A stretch of DNA of 63,908 bases, the filler included, from Folioceros fuciformis (Eukaryota): assembly GCA_049999805.1 (NCBI GenBank). It is 5 parts of 4 records of this genome, joined end to end, with 100 filler letters (N's around TTAATTAATTAA, not from the genome) between each part and the next. Parts side by side here need not be neighbours in the genome. Positions count along the whole stretch, not along the records: positions 1 to 18,825 come from JBNGIO010004089.1; 4 more parts are not named here. One strand, given 5' to 3'. The position numbers and the translations under genes were made by a program. The notes under the pieces were generated by a model. It had not been told where the DNA came from. It worked only from the letters and a program-made list of their open reading frames with translations, and ran no database searches. Positions 1 through 10,742 of the stretch are shown here, in pieces (the first letter of the stretch is position 1; each line of letters begins with the position of its first letter).

Positions 1-194
1 GGACCACCTCTTCTCCTTTCCGCTCGACTCCACGCCAGTCCTGCGGGCTCTCGCGTCTCGGGCGCTCAGCTCATACGGAGACCCGCCATTGGTATCGGCA
101 TCCATATCGGCAGGTGTGTCGGATAACAGTCATCTTGTAGGCGAATGCACTCACACCCACGCATCGCCTGGAATCTTGTCAACAACACGACTTG

Positions 195-228
195 CGATTC
201 CCGATTCCCGATTCCCGATTCCCGATTC
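195..228. repeat. Heptamer microsatellite (CGATTCC) x ~4.9
   Basis: Perfect tandem CGATTCC units read directly from the sequence. Confidence 0.9.
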
Positions 229-1179
229 TGCTGCGTCTTTGCCCTACTCCGGAAGACTGACCATCGTTGTGACAAGATATCGAGTACGTATGTATTTCCG
301 GTTCCGAATCTTTTGATCTTCATGTACATGGTTTACTGCTCGAAACGTTCTCAATGGACTACCTCCTGAGTGAATTAGGGAGGTCCCTCTTGAGGCCTGA
401 ATTAGCGGGGTCTGAAGGCCGCAGGGAAGAAGCCGAACTTGCATCGATCCTGTAGCTGGCCAACGTATCAAGCAAGTGTAGGCGTGAAGAAAGGAGGTAT
501 CATTTTGGTGTGGATAAATCCTTTCTTAACGGTAACTAACAAGCGTTAGTTCCCGTTAACGATTCTTCTCCTGGACAGTACAGCATATGTAGTTCCCGCT
601 TCTCCGTTCATGTTGTCCTTCTCCGTTACTTTTTCTCCGACTTGGGAGACAGTGTTTGGCCTCAAGGCATTGGCGTGGTCGAGGTAAGTTCCGGGGGAGG
701 TATAGACTGATAATGCACGGACTCCCGTGTTGGCTGGAGCTGGTTGGTTTTAACGCGTGACCAGAAGAGCAACATACACAACATACGCAACTTCTTTGCT
801 ATGATGAGGCAACCACCAGTGGGCGACGCTTCTTGCCCTTTGTGTCCCAGCCGCCACCATCCGCGCTGGCACGCTGCTGATGGAGCAGTGTGAGCAACCA
901 GAAGCTCCCGACCTCCAGATCTGGTGGCGGCAATGCCTGCTGTGGCCGGCGGTGGATGCAGCCTCGGTCGTGAAACCGAATCGGACGCTCCAACCGCAGC
1001 AGAGGCGGGCCTCTAGACTCCGCGTCCACATCGGCACCCGCACCAGCATGGAGTTCCCCCGGCCTCAGCGAAGCGAGTGCAGGCAGCCCCGATGACGGCC
1101 GCGCAGGCCCGGATGCAGGGAGCGCGAATGCGGAGTGTCGCGGAGCTCGGCAGCTTCTCTTCTCGCCGGTGAGCTTGCA

Positions 1180-3030
1180 ATGGGGGTGAATCACGAGATG
1201 CTGGCCAGAGGGTGCAAATTCGCTTGCAAAGGCATTCCTTGGAAGGGCCTGCTGCTCAGCACATGGGACTGCACATGTACAGACAAGGTGTCCAGGAAGT
1301 ACTTCAAGCTGAAAGTGCGATCGGCCATCTTCATTTGCGTCTTCATGCTGCTGTTTACGGTGTTGCTGTTTGTGTGGTGCACATTGGACACGGGAGTGTT
1401 GTCGGAGATATCCCCGCCTGATTTGAAGCGGACAAGCACCGCCTGGAGCATGCTGAGGAGGAGCAGGTTTGAGCAGGCGCTGTCCTTGACCAAGGAGAAG
1501 GAATTGGAGTGGGATGGATATCAAGACCGGCTGGCGCTGCAGGGAATGGGAGTTTTGTTCCGGAGAGGTAGCCGGGGTATGCACGATCTGTTTGTGGCTC
1601 ATCTGGGGGAGGCCACCAGTCCGGAGGAGTTGCAGTTCTTTCTGAGGACGTTGCACAGGAGTGGGATGCCTGCTAGGTCGGATGTCGTGATTCTTTTTCC
1701 TTGGAGTCCGGTGCCGAAGGAGTTTGTGGAGGTGGTTCGGGCTGAGGAAAGGAGTTTTAGGCGTCTTGTGATGCAGGCTGAGCCTAGATTTCAAGAGCCT
1801 GGCTCTGGTAAGGATTGGCAGGGTGGCATGCAGGGGCAGAGTGGAAGGGAAGATGGACATACTGAGTATATTGGAGACAAGTCGGTTTCCTCAGTTGATA
1901 GTTCGGTGACAAGTGTAGAGACGCTTGGTTCCGGGTCGGGAGCATTGAATGCGTCGGTCAGCGTTTTCAACTTCCTGGCCTACAGGAAGTCCGCCGAAGA
2001 AACTAGAGGTCCAGTCGAGTCGAGTTTGTGGGGAAATGGCAGCGATTTTGACAGGGAGGAGGCTCCTCGATGGGCCGAGTGGGGTTCTATTGTTGGTTTT
2101 GAGATGCAAGACCTGGATCCTACGGAGATGCTCAAGGGCTTCATAGACAAACCCACCAGCCAGTTGAGGAGATGGGTGTGCTACCAGATGATCCTTGGAA
2201 TGGTGAGACCTCGGTATCGTAATGTGGTTCTTTCTCAGGTTGCTGGAGTAACGTTTCTGGGAGATGCCCTGGCAACTGTGAGGAAGCGTGATGGGCTGTA
2301 TCTTGCCATGGAGGACCGAAAGTGGAGTGAAGCCCCGGCTGCAAGGGAAGAGACCTTGCTCGAAGCCAGGCAAAACGTTGCCAGGTTAAGCGAGCAGGAA
2401 GTGGAGGATCACGGTGAGAGTGATGAAAGGCTGGACGATGCTGAAGCAGACCATGCAGTCGTGGATTTGTCTGATGTGGGGGAGAGAAAACTCCTGGAGG
2501 CGGGGAAAGGAGTTAGCAGGCGAAGAAGAGGTTCCAGAAAGCGGTCAAAAAAGGTTGGCACAGCTGGGTTGCTCGAGGAGGTATATGGTAAGCAGCTGTG
2601 GAAGTCGTTGGACAAGGAGGATAAGGAAAAGGACGTGGTGAGTAGCGAAGTATTGATGGGTGGCATTAAGCCAATCAGGACCCTTACGAATGCCATGGTT
2701 ACAGAGATAGTGCGTGTGGCCCTACAGAGGAAGAACAGGCACTTCTTCCACGACAAAGCCCTCATCAACTACCTGGTTCACAAGAGCCCTGTCCTGGGTA
2801 GACGAGTGTTGGATCACCTGAAGTTGATGAAGAATGAAGATGGAGTCATACATGTGCTATCAGGCTCACGCCAGCAGAAACCGTTCCATCTGGCACGAGG
2901 TTCGCAATACGTCGCCCTTGTTGGTCACAGACATGGTGCCCAACTTCTCATCTCCGAATTGGTGCATCAGGATATATGCCAACACCCATCCGACGCAGAG
3001 GCCTACCCTGACTGCAGTCTCGTTCCCTGA
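1180..3030 (+). CDS. Single-exon plant-specific type II membrane protein (DUF7780-like), ~616 aa
   Basis: Long uninterrupted ORF with first ATG at 1180 and one N-terminal TM segment (AIFICVFMLLFTVLLFVW). Motifs LQGMGVLFRRG, FLRTLHRSG..RSDVVILF, WGSIVGFE and LRRWVCYQMILG match my recollection of a conserved uncharacterised plant family. Confidence 0.75.
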   Translation: MGVNHEMLARGCKFACKGIPWKGLLLSTWDCTCTDKVSRKYFKLKVRSAIFICVFMLLFTVLLFVWCTLDTGVLSEISPPDLKRTSTAWSMLRRSRFEQALSLTKEKELEWDGYQDRLALQGMGVLFRRGSRGMHDLFVAHLGEATSPEELQFFLRTLHRSGMPARSDVVILFPWSPVPKEFVEVVRAEERSFRRLVMQAEPRFQEPGSGKDWQGGMQGQSGREDGHTEYIGDKSVSSVDSSVTSVETLGSGSGALNASVSVFNFLAYRKSAEETRGPVESSLWGNGSDFDREEAPRWAEWGSIVGFEMQDLDPTEMLKGFIDKPTSQLRRWVCYQMILGMVRPRYRNVVLSQVAGVTFLGDALATVRKRDGLYLAMEDRKWSEAPAAREETLLEARQNVARLSEQEVEDHGESDERLDDAEADHAVVDLSDVGERKLLEAGKGVSRRRRGSRKRSKKVGTAGLLEEVYGKQLWKSLDKEDKEKDVVSSEVLMGGIKPIRTLTNAMVTEIVRVALQRKNRHFFHDKALINYLVHKSPVLGRRVLDHLKLMKNEDGVIHVLSGSRQQKPFHLARGSQYVALVGHRHGAQLLISELVHQDICQHPSDAEAYPDCSLVP

Positions 3031-3514
3031 GGGACAAGGACGGGCTAGGTTTTCGTTTTGGCAAGAGTTACCTGTTTCCAGAGGGTTTCAATTCTTGACA
3101 CTCTGCGCGAGGTGACGGCAGCGTCCCTCTTGGAGGCGGAAGGGGTGATCAAGCACTACGCCAATTTATTTTTTAAGTTATTTTTTCTCGGGACAGCAGC
3201 ACAGAGACGATTGTGGGGCACAGGATGAACGCACGACACATAAAAGCAGTGCTATAGGGGGTAGATGTGCAATCTCTAAGTGTGCATGGTCATTTATTTT
3301 AATTTCATGTGGCAAGCAGCGCTGCAATTGGTGCTGTTTGCCATTCAGTGGTACACATGTGCGCATCCCGTTCCAGTAACAGTGGTGTCCTTGTCCTTAT
3401 TTTGAACAGAAACGGGACAAGTCCCTTCGGCGTGCTCTGGGCAGATACGATTCGCACTTCTTGCGTTCTAGGAAGAGTTCCGAGGAAGGTGCTTCACACT
3501 CTAGGAGTGTGATA

Positions 3515-4400
3515 TTAAACGGTGGCATCGTTCCCCTCGAAGTGATGAATACGCCTGTTTGCCTTGACACCAAACAGGTGTTCCACTTGCAGCCTGCAAA
3601 TGGATTCAGCAAGCTCGGAGATTTCCTCGCTGTATCTCCAGGCAGATATCCAAAATCCACACCGGGTTTTTCTAGTCCATTGCACAGCCCAGAAGTTTCC
3701 GTCCCTGCTTTTCAGTAACAAATGCTGCAGTGTCTGCTCAGAAGTGCAGGGCAAGTGCACGCTCCTGTGCAGTTGGAGGAATCGAACATAGGATTCCTGA
3801 GCCCCTCGTGTCAAACAACAGTAATCTGCTCACCCGGCGGCGGGGAGCCTCTGTCTCTTCCTCCGAACGGAACTTTCGTTGCCAGTCAGCAAGCTCCGAT
3901 AAACCGACGAGCTCCGGGAAGACGTTCTTAAGTTTTGGAGTAGGCCCACCTACGAGAACATTCACTCCAGGCTCCCTGACAGTCACTTTGTCCGTCTAGA
4001 AATGATGAGACTCCCTGCCCTGATGACTCTGAAGAGCTTATCTGTCCTGCTACTGTACTGTGTCCCATGGGAAAGGACACACCTTCACTACGGATGAGAA
4101 CTCCCCTGTCACTTCCATGTCAGGCCTGTTTATTACACACTTACAATCACAGATTCCCGGCACCGGAAGCCATGGCCATGTCAGGGAGATCTTTTAAATG
4201 CAGGTTCTCCGCGAAGGTGGTGAAAGTGTAGCAGCGTGGTCGAGAACATACAGTACCAGATTCGAGTTGCAACTTGATGAGGACGTCATAGAGTATATTG
4301 CCCTTCATTTTAGAGGACAACCGGCCCCGAATCTGGAAATTGGAAAGAGCAGGGCAACAACACAATGCGACCCACATAAGAACATTACTGCAAGCTCCGA
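3515..4400 (-). other. Possible small multi-exon hypothetical gene or gene relic
   Basis: Several protein-like minus-strand ORF segments (4147-4377, 3738-3986, 3515-3700) are flanked by plausible splice sites. No family recognised and no consistent phase model obtained. Confidence 0.2.
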
Positions 4401-4871
4401 CCAGCTTTCATCGTGGGTCTCGCCCGGCCTCTGAGACACGGAAGAAGAAGGCAGTTGATCTTCCTGCTGCAGTCAGTCGCTCTAGTGGACTGTTTCCTGA
4501 GCGTGTAGCACTTCGTTTGACGAGTTCAGAGGAAGGAATTCATTGCTCGTCTGGCCAGAAAGTTCCCGTCAGAGGGATGTAACATACGAGGGCGTTCCCT
4601 CCATGAACGGGAGGTCCGAACGAACTAGCGCAGACCCCCTTACTTGGATTCAATCCTGCTACGCCACTCTGGGAGTAGACTTGCAAAACTATCTCACAGA
4701 TAAGGATCTCCTGAACCCTTCACGAAAAACTGCAAAATTTTCTCTGTTCTTGTGGTCCTGGAAATCCAAGCTACCACATCACGGGCTGAGAGAGCAAAAG
4801 ACATAACTCGCAGTTCACCAGAGTAGCCCGCTACACTTGAGAACGTTGTGAAAGACTCCGCCAAAGCCTTT

Positions 4872-6266
4872 CTAGATCATCTGCTTGATCATGTTGTTGA
4901 TTTTGTCCTCCCTGTTGCCAGCACCTCCACCCTCGATATAGTGATTTCGCTTCTTCGACAGGCCACCCACAGGCGCGGTCAGCTTGAAAGGCCACAAGAA
5001 GTTGTTGGCCTCCTTGAAATGGGGACCCACGTTGTAAATTTCGTGGATCAAGTCTTCGACACAAATAATATTACATTTACCCAGGGCCTGTAGCAAAGAA
5101 GACGGTCAGTAACAGAAGAGACTCCAGGAACGCGGAGATGAGGCTGACACACTCACACACCTGTTCGACAATCGAGTTGTCTGTCAGCGCAGTTCGGCCC
5201 TTGTTTAACTTTCCATAACCACGCTTGTAAATGAGCTCCCTTACGCTCTTCAGGTTGGGGTAACTGGCAACGGTCTGTGGCCAAAAGACTAAAAATGCAC
5301 TGGGAAGGCAGGGGGGGGGAGGGGGATAACTTCACAGGCGAAAAATCCTTTCCTCAAGACAAAATACGTACCCGTAAGCCACATACGGCTCCACCCTTTG
5401 CAACATAGTGACGGTAGCCTTATTAACCTTCATGAAAACTCCATTAAAGATCTGCAGCAGCAGAGAAGGAGCAGAACATCAACTTAAAGACCTAAAAGTA
5501 CCAACCAAGGCAAGCCTCCGTAACACAAAAGCAACATGATAAACTTTGGAATAGCCCTACGGTGCGCCGGCAGGCAATTCCAGTGATAACACAACACCTT
5601 ACCTGCTTCAGCCGCAGAAGCTGCAGGATCTTGCGTGTCTTCGGATGCATATCATTAATACTGCATAGCAAAGCCCAAGACTTGTAGCCATTCTCGTCAT
5701 GCACATAACATGCTGCGACCAAACTGAATGAAAAACTGCAGAAAAATCCACCTACCCCCGAATTCGAACCACAAACAACAACTTGGCTTCAGGTTCCACA
5801 TAGAATCCGCCATTCAGCTTGGCCAGCCTCTTGAGTCTCACGAGGTCACGCTCCTACAAGTTCAACCAGCGAATACTCCTTCAGAATCGATACAGTCAGG
5901 CAACCCAGCCCCAGGGTTTCCGAATCACGCGACCTAGCCTACCACAATTCTCCAATTGACCTCTTCACAAGACTCCGCATACATCAAAAATCCAGACACC
6001 TACAACAGTCACGAAGCTACGATGCCGAGGACACAGCTCAACCCCGTTACATCAATGACACTCAAAAACCCTACCTGAGCCCTGTACTCCTTGATATACT
6101 GCTCCGCCCTCTTGAAGGTGACCTTCCTGTACTTAGAGTTCTTTGCCCTGGCCGCCTGCAGCTGCTCCTTCCTGGCTAAAGCCCACTGCTCATCCCTCTT
6201 GCGCTTCTTCAACAGAGTTTCCGGCACAGTTGGAATCGGCACAGTGATCTCCTCCTCGGTGCTCAT
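4872..6266 (-). CDS. RPL7: 60S ribosomal protein L7 (uL30), 6 exons: 6266-6075, 5853-5756, 5660-5603, 5451-5372, 5263-5161, 5087-4872
   Basis: Peptides [68 protein letters not shown] and [29 protein letters not shown]. All introns are GT-AG and in phase. Confidence 0.97.
6066..6073 (+). promoter_or_regulatory. Telo-box (AAACCCTA) at the 5' end of RPL7 intron 1
   Basis: Exact AAACCCTA match. Telo-boxes are known near the 5' ends of plant ribosomal protein genes, but this one overlaps the splice donor and may be coincidental. Confidence 0.35.
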
Positions 6267-6559
6267 CGTTGCAAGACAGTCGGCCGCCGCAAAATAACTG
6301 CGTGCCGGTACAACCTCTCAGTGTGAAAAGCCAATAACAATCCTTTATTTTAAAGTCCCCATATAGGTACGTATATGTCTGTATATGGGATCTTTAACCG
6401 GTGACCGATCGCCTTGCGTGTAGCTTTAGTCTGAATCGGTAGGCCCTTCCTTAATTTCCGATTCGGTGCGATAATGATAGGGATTAAGTTTGGTGTATTG
6501 TGCATTTCTTTCATCATATGTAAATATTTTCATGCTATATTTACACGAAGAAAGGTAGT

Positions 6560-7800
6560 TATTGTGGCGCCTGGATGAGAACGAGTTCGAGGGTCGGATA
6601 CCTGTGGTCCAATTTGACAAGGTTGCTGAGAAGCTCTCTCCGTGTTCAAACCTGAATCCCGCATGCCAAACATTGTTTTGTTGGAGACGGGAATTGATCA
6701 TGCCATGCGAGACAGCGGCAGGTGTTCAATATTGTTGCGACATCGGAGAAGAATGCATCATCTGTATCTGCATGAATGAACAGGATTTTCCTTCTTTCCT
6801 TTAGGGTTGAGGGTTTAGGGGTTATCACGCTGGAAGACACCTCCAGAGCTTCTTGGACCAGGTGATCAGGGTCCTGGCTGTTTGTTTATCCATACCGGTG
6901 AGGGAATGCTGTATCCTGTAAGGAGTAGATATGGGTTAGACGTTCTGGCTCAGTATTCACCACGACGAGACGGTTGGTCACAAGTTCTTCCAGAACTGGA
7001 GTTAGTTTGTCGACATCAAAACGGAGACCCTTGGCTTCTCGCTTTAACCCGGCTGGAGCTATTGCGACGGTGTTGCTGACAAGGAGTAGGGTTCCCTTCT
7101 TCACATTTTCAGTGAAAAACAAAACTCTTCCTAGTTGGCTGTACTCGCTGACCATCCGAATTTCACCAGGTCCCACGAAGTCAGGGCAAGGGAGGGGCTC
7201 TTTTTAAGCCACCCCTGAAGTAGGTCTTCAAGGTTTGATGGTTCACACTTCTCCTCTTCGAAACTTCTGCCAAGGGGAGCATGTTGGCCGGGTTGTTAAC
7301 TACCAGCTCCACTTTCGATTGGGAAAGAGGTGAAAGTCAGGTTCTATCATTGCCACTTCCGTCCCTTTTGAGCCTCTGTCCACAATGTCGGCACTGGCAT
7401 TGCACATTGACACTGTTAACTCTCTGTTGCCATTGTCATCCTTTTAACTCCACAACCGCCAAACACTGTCTTCCGATTACCCTGAAAGATGGTATCGAGA
7501 TGTTGACGTAGAGCACACGACCAGTGTGCCTGCAATCCACAATTAAGTGGATACAACATGGCATCGTTCATGTCAGCACAAAGTTATCCACCAAAGTATG
7601 CCTGCTTCAACGAGTAGGTGCTGGCCAAATTCAGGAACACAGGCTGCAAAAAGTTTCAAAACCTAGTGGGCCTGCTAACATCTCGCTAGACCTCCTCCAC
7701 AAGAGCTCTCTTGCAGCACACACCTTGGGTGCTCATAGCCCAAGCATCAAGTGAGGGGCTAAGACAACGTTGACGTGCAGGAAGGTGATCCATCAACAGC
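6560..7800 (-). pseudogene. Degenerate SET-domain methyltransferase (ATXR1/SDG35-like TPR-SET family) relic
   Basis: Minus-strand PCPDFVGPGEIRM..LGRVLFFTENVKKGTLLLVSNTVA resembles the SET N-terminal GRGLF..ni..GtLl motif. It is surrounded by broken frames, and no intact NHSC motif is visible. Confidence 0.55.
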
Positions 7801-8275
7801 TCACATAAGTCGAATTTCCACCAGGCCGGATACCGGTGGTGACAGAGGTAGTCTGTGCCTCAAACCCTAAACAAAGCGAATCGACCAGAGGCAGACCTCG
7901 CGAAGAAAACAGTATACTAGGGTTTTCTTTTTCGGGAAATAAGTTTTTAGGGTTTTCTTTTTTTAGGGTTTTTCTTGTTGAAAAATGGGTCTAGGGTTTA
8001 GGGTCTTTCTCTTCAGCGATTTCCTCTTACCCTGGGTTTGAGTGAATTCAAAATTGCCACAAGTAAGCTCTTCACCTTATTCTCATGTCCATCCCTATAG
8101 CATTTGAAGGGTTTTGATGTTGGTTTCCAAATTCCATGGCGAAGGGTTTGTGATTTGATGGGCCATGGAGGACATGAAAGAGTAGTTAAGTTTTACGCAA
8201 AAAAAAAACTAAAAGAAAGGTTTATATAATTAATTAATATTTGTTGAAGTACAAGGACGTGTTAAGTTGCATTGC

Positions 8276-10209
8276 TCATAGATTGTAAGGAATGTTGAAC
8301 CTAGAACTGTAAGAAGAAGACTTCACAGCTTGTGGTCCAATTTTGTGTTTTGGACACGAATGGAAATCTGGGAAGTCATTATAGATTGTAGAATTCCAAT
8401 GAATACCAAAATCACCATTTTCAAAGTCTAAAAAGAGGCTAGTGGTGTGGTTAAAGGATGGATTGTTAAAAGTGAATGAATTGAGAGACACCACTGGGTC
8501 TAACACCATATCACACTTCTTGTAAAATGGTATGTATCTTTGGTTTTGGGCATCCACTACAACAACCTCTACAATATTTCCTGTAGGAATGCCACTACAT
8601 CCTCCTGTCACATTTGATGGAACAGTGTATCCATCATTCGGATTACATTCTGTACCGTTAATACTTGTGAGGTTGCAGAAGTCATTTAAATAGGGGTACA
8701 ACTGCAAATGAACATCACTATACTTTCAGAGCATGCTCAGATCCTTGTGACTCAGTGAAACCATTGGTAAACATTTGGAAGAAGAAAGAATCTCTTTCTC
8801 AGAGCAAAAGACACATATTCTTAAGAACAAAGATAGATCACTTACAGTTTGAAAGATAGATCACTTACAGTTTGAAAGTATTCTGAATTGTACAATTGAA
8901 GACGTTGTGAATCCCAAGATGATCCTGGATCACGTAGACAATTATTTACATCATAATTTTGACAACTAATCCAAGCAGGTAACATCACTTGGATATTGAG
9001 AAAGCTTGAAATCTCGTTGTTGTGACCTGCATTGAGCTTCAGACCAGCACGAGTATTGTAACAAACCATACCGTCCACCACAACACCAGAAGATGCATAA
9101 TCTAGGTACAAGCATTGTGTGTAATTTGCTACATAATTACATGTGAGATAGTTTCCTGGATTCACCCAATGTGTATCAAAGTAAAAGCCAGCTGCATCTT
9201 GTTCTTGGATAAAATCATTAGCAATTGTGACAAGGTTGTTCTCTAGTTTTGTCAACATGCAATCACCAACATTATGCACTCCTAAACCACATTGTACACC
9301 TGAAAACATTTGATTTAGGAACATGTTGTTGGCAACAATCACCCCAACAGCACGTTGATAGAGCAGCACCCCACTAATACCTCCCATTATCACACTGTTG
9401 GTAATGGAAACATCGGCACCTGTTAAATTTGGCCCAGAACCCACCATCTGCACAGTGATACCTGCACAATCAACTGATATTGTATTGAGTGATATGCTAT
9501 CAATGCTGACATTAGCCGAGCGCCATACATCAATTCTTCCATTTAGATCAGTGGCTTGCACAATTTGGATGCCATAAGACTTGTGCACGTAAACAAGTGG
9601 GCATATCCTTCCTGTTCCATCCGGTAAGCTACACCTCGTTGGCAAATCAGGATTCCGATTTTGGAACTGCAATGCACAGCACAAAGATCAAGTAATAAGA
9701 AACTTTACAACAGCAGAAAAGAAAAACTTAGGATGCATGACGGTTGTGAATGTTTACTTGAAAGCTAATGTTTTGAACAAGGATGTTGGAAGTAGATCGA
9801 ATGTGAAGAGCAGGAAATGAATCGTCTGTAGTAGATATGCTATGTAGCTTGTCTTGACCACTTGTCAAAATCGTGCAAGCGAAGAGGTCATCAAAAACTA
9901 AGCTTGTATCAATCAACATATCTCTCACTACTACTAGTCGGACAGTCTGATTTACAGAGTAATTGTATCGTTTATCCAAATCCCTCCTTAAGTTCACATC
10001 GATTTCTATCTGATTTATTGAGCAAGGTCCACCTACACAATACAAGTGTGAGATAACCAACATTCTAAACTCTTCAAAGCAAACCCATATGGAAGAACAA
10101 GTACTCTAAGCTATCCATTTGCCTGTAATTGGATATTACCTGATCCAGCAGCCAGCTCTATGAAGTGGAACGGAAGTAGAAGCAAGAGCAGCCATATAGC
10201 TTTCCCCAT
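8276..10209 (-). CDS. Secreted right-handed parallel beta-helix (pectin lyase-like fold) protein, 4 exons: 10209-10140, 10032-9758, 9666-8869, 8701-8276 (~520 aa)
   Basis: Signal peptide MGKAIWLLLLLLPFHFIELAAGS, with in-phase GT-AG introns. Repeated beta-helix coils with Asn ladders (NILVQNISF, VSITNSVI, VIVANNMFLN, LENNLVT) and the motif QDAAGFYFD...LYLDYASSGVVVDG. Confidence 0.75.
8831..8876. repeat. 23-bp tandem duplication spanning the exon-3 splice donor
   Basis: AGATAGATCACTTACAGTTTGAA occurs twice in tandem. Confidence 0.9.
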
Positions 10210-10742
10210 TTTAACAACTCCAAGTGTGGTTTGAAAGGAATTCTACTTTTAAAGCCTTGGGTGCGGGGAGGGTAGGACGGTAACAGGTGGGTGGAGATGG
10301 AGAGTTGTTGCAGTGTGGTTGGTCCCCACAGCTCTTCCACGTTCTCATGTTTGGGCGGCCAATCTCAACAGGACCACGCTCTCAATGTGTAGATGTGGGG
10401 GCTCTGGTTCTGGCCGAACCCGGGTCACGGGAAATCTCCCCACGCAGAATCGGCTTCCTAATCAACATTTGTTTGACAGCGAAAGTGTCAGCAATCTCTC
10501 CAGTCCACTAGGTTGTAAACTCACTGTTTACAACTCACTCAAGGTGAGCACTCACTGTTAGTGAAAAGCCTCCGGCAGCGGCCTCACAACAGACGGGACG
10601 GTCTGAGCGCGAAGAAGCGCTGAATTGGAGAAGACATGGGACCGAGCTCGGTTCGCAATGTGTGCGTGTTAAGACCAACTTCAGGTTCCTTGAATTCGAT
10701 TATGAATGCGGGTCGCACTAAAATGTTGAGTGAGGTGATTAA

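Noticed and set aside
195-228. CGATTCC heptamer resembling cyanobacterial heptamer repeats
   Set aside because: Only about five units in otherwise plant-like sequence; simple slippage explains it.
799-1860. 353-aa minus-strand ORF
   Set aside because: Antisense shadow of the 1180-3030 gene with low-complexity composition.
6323-10570. 10-bp direct repeat GTGAAAAGCC (6323-6332 and 10561-10570) as the TSD of a 4.2-kb insertion
   Set aside because: No convincing TIRs, and the left copy lies in the likely RPL7 core promoter or 5' UTR. Probably chance.
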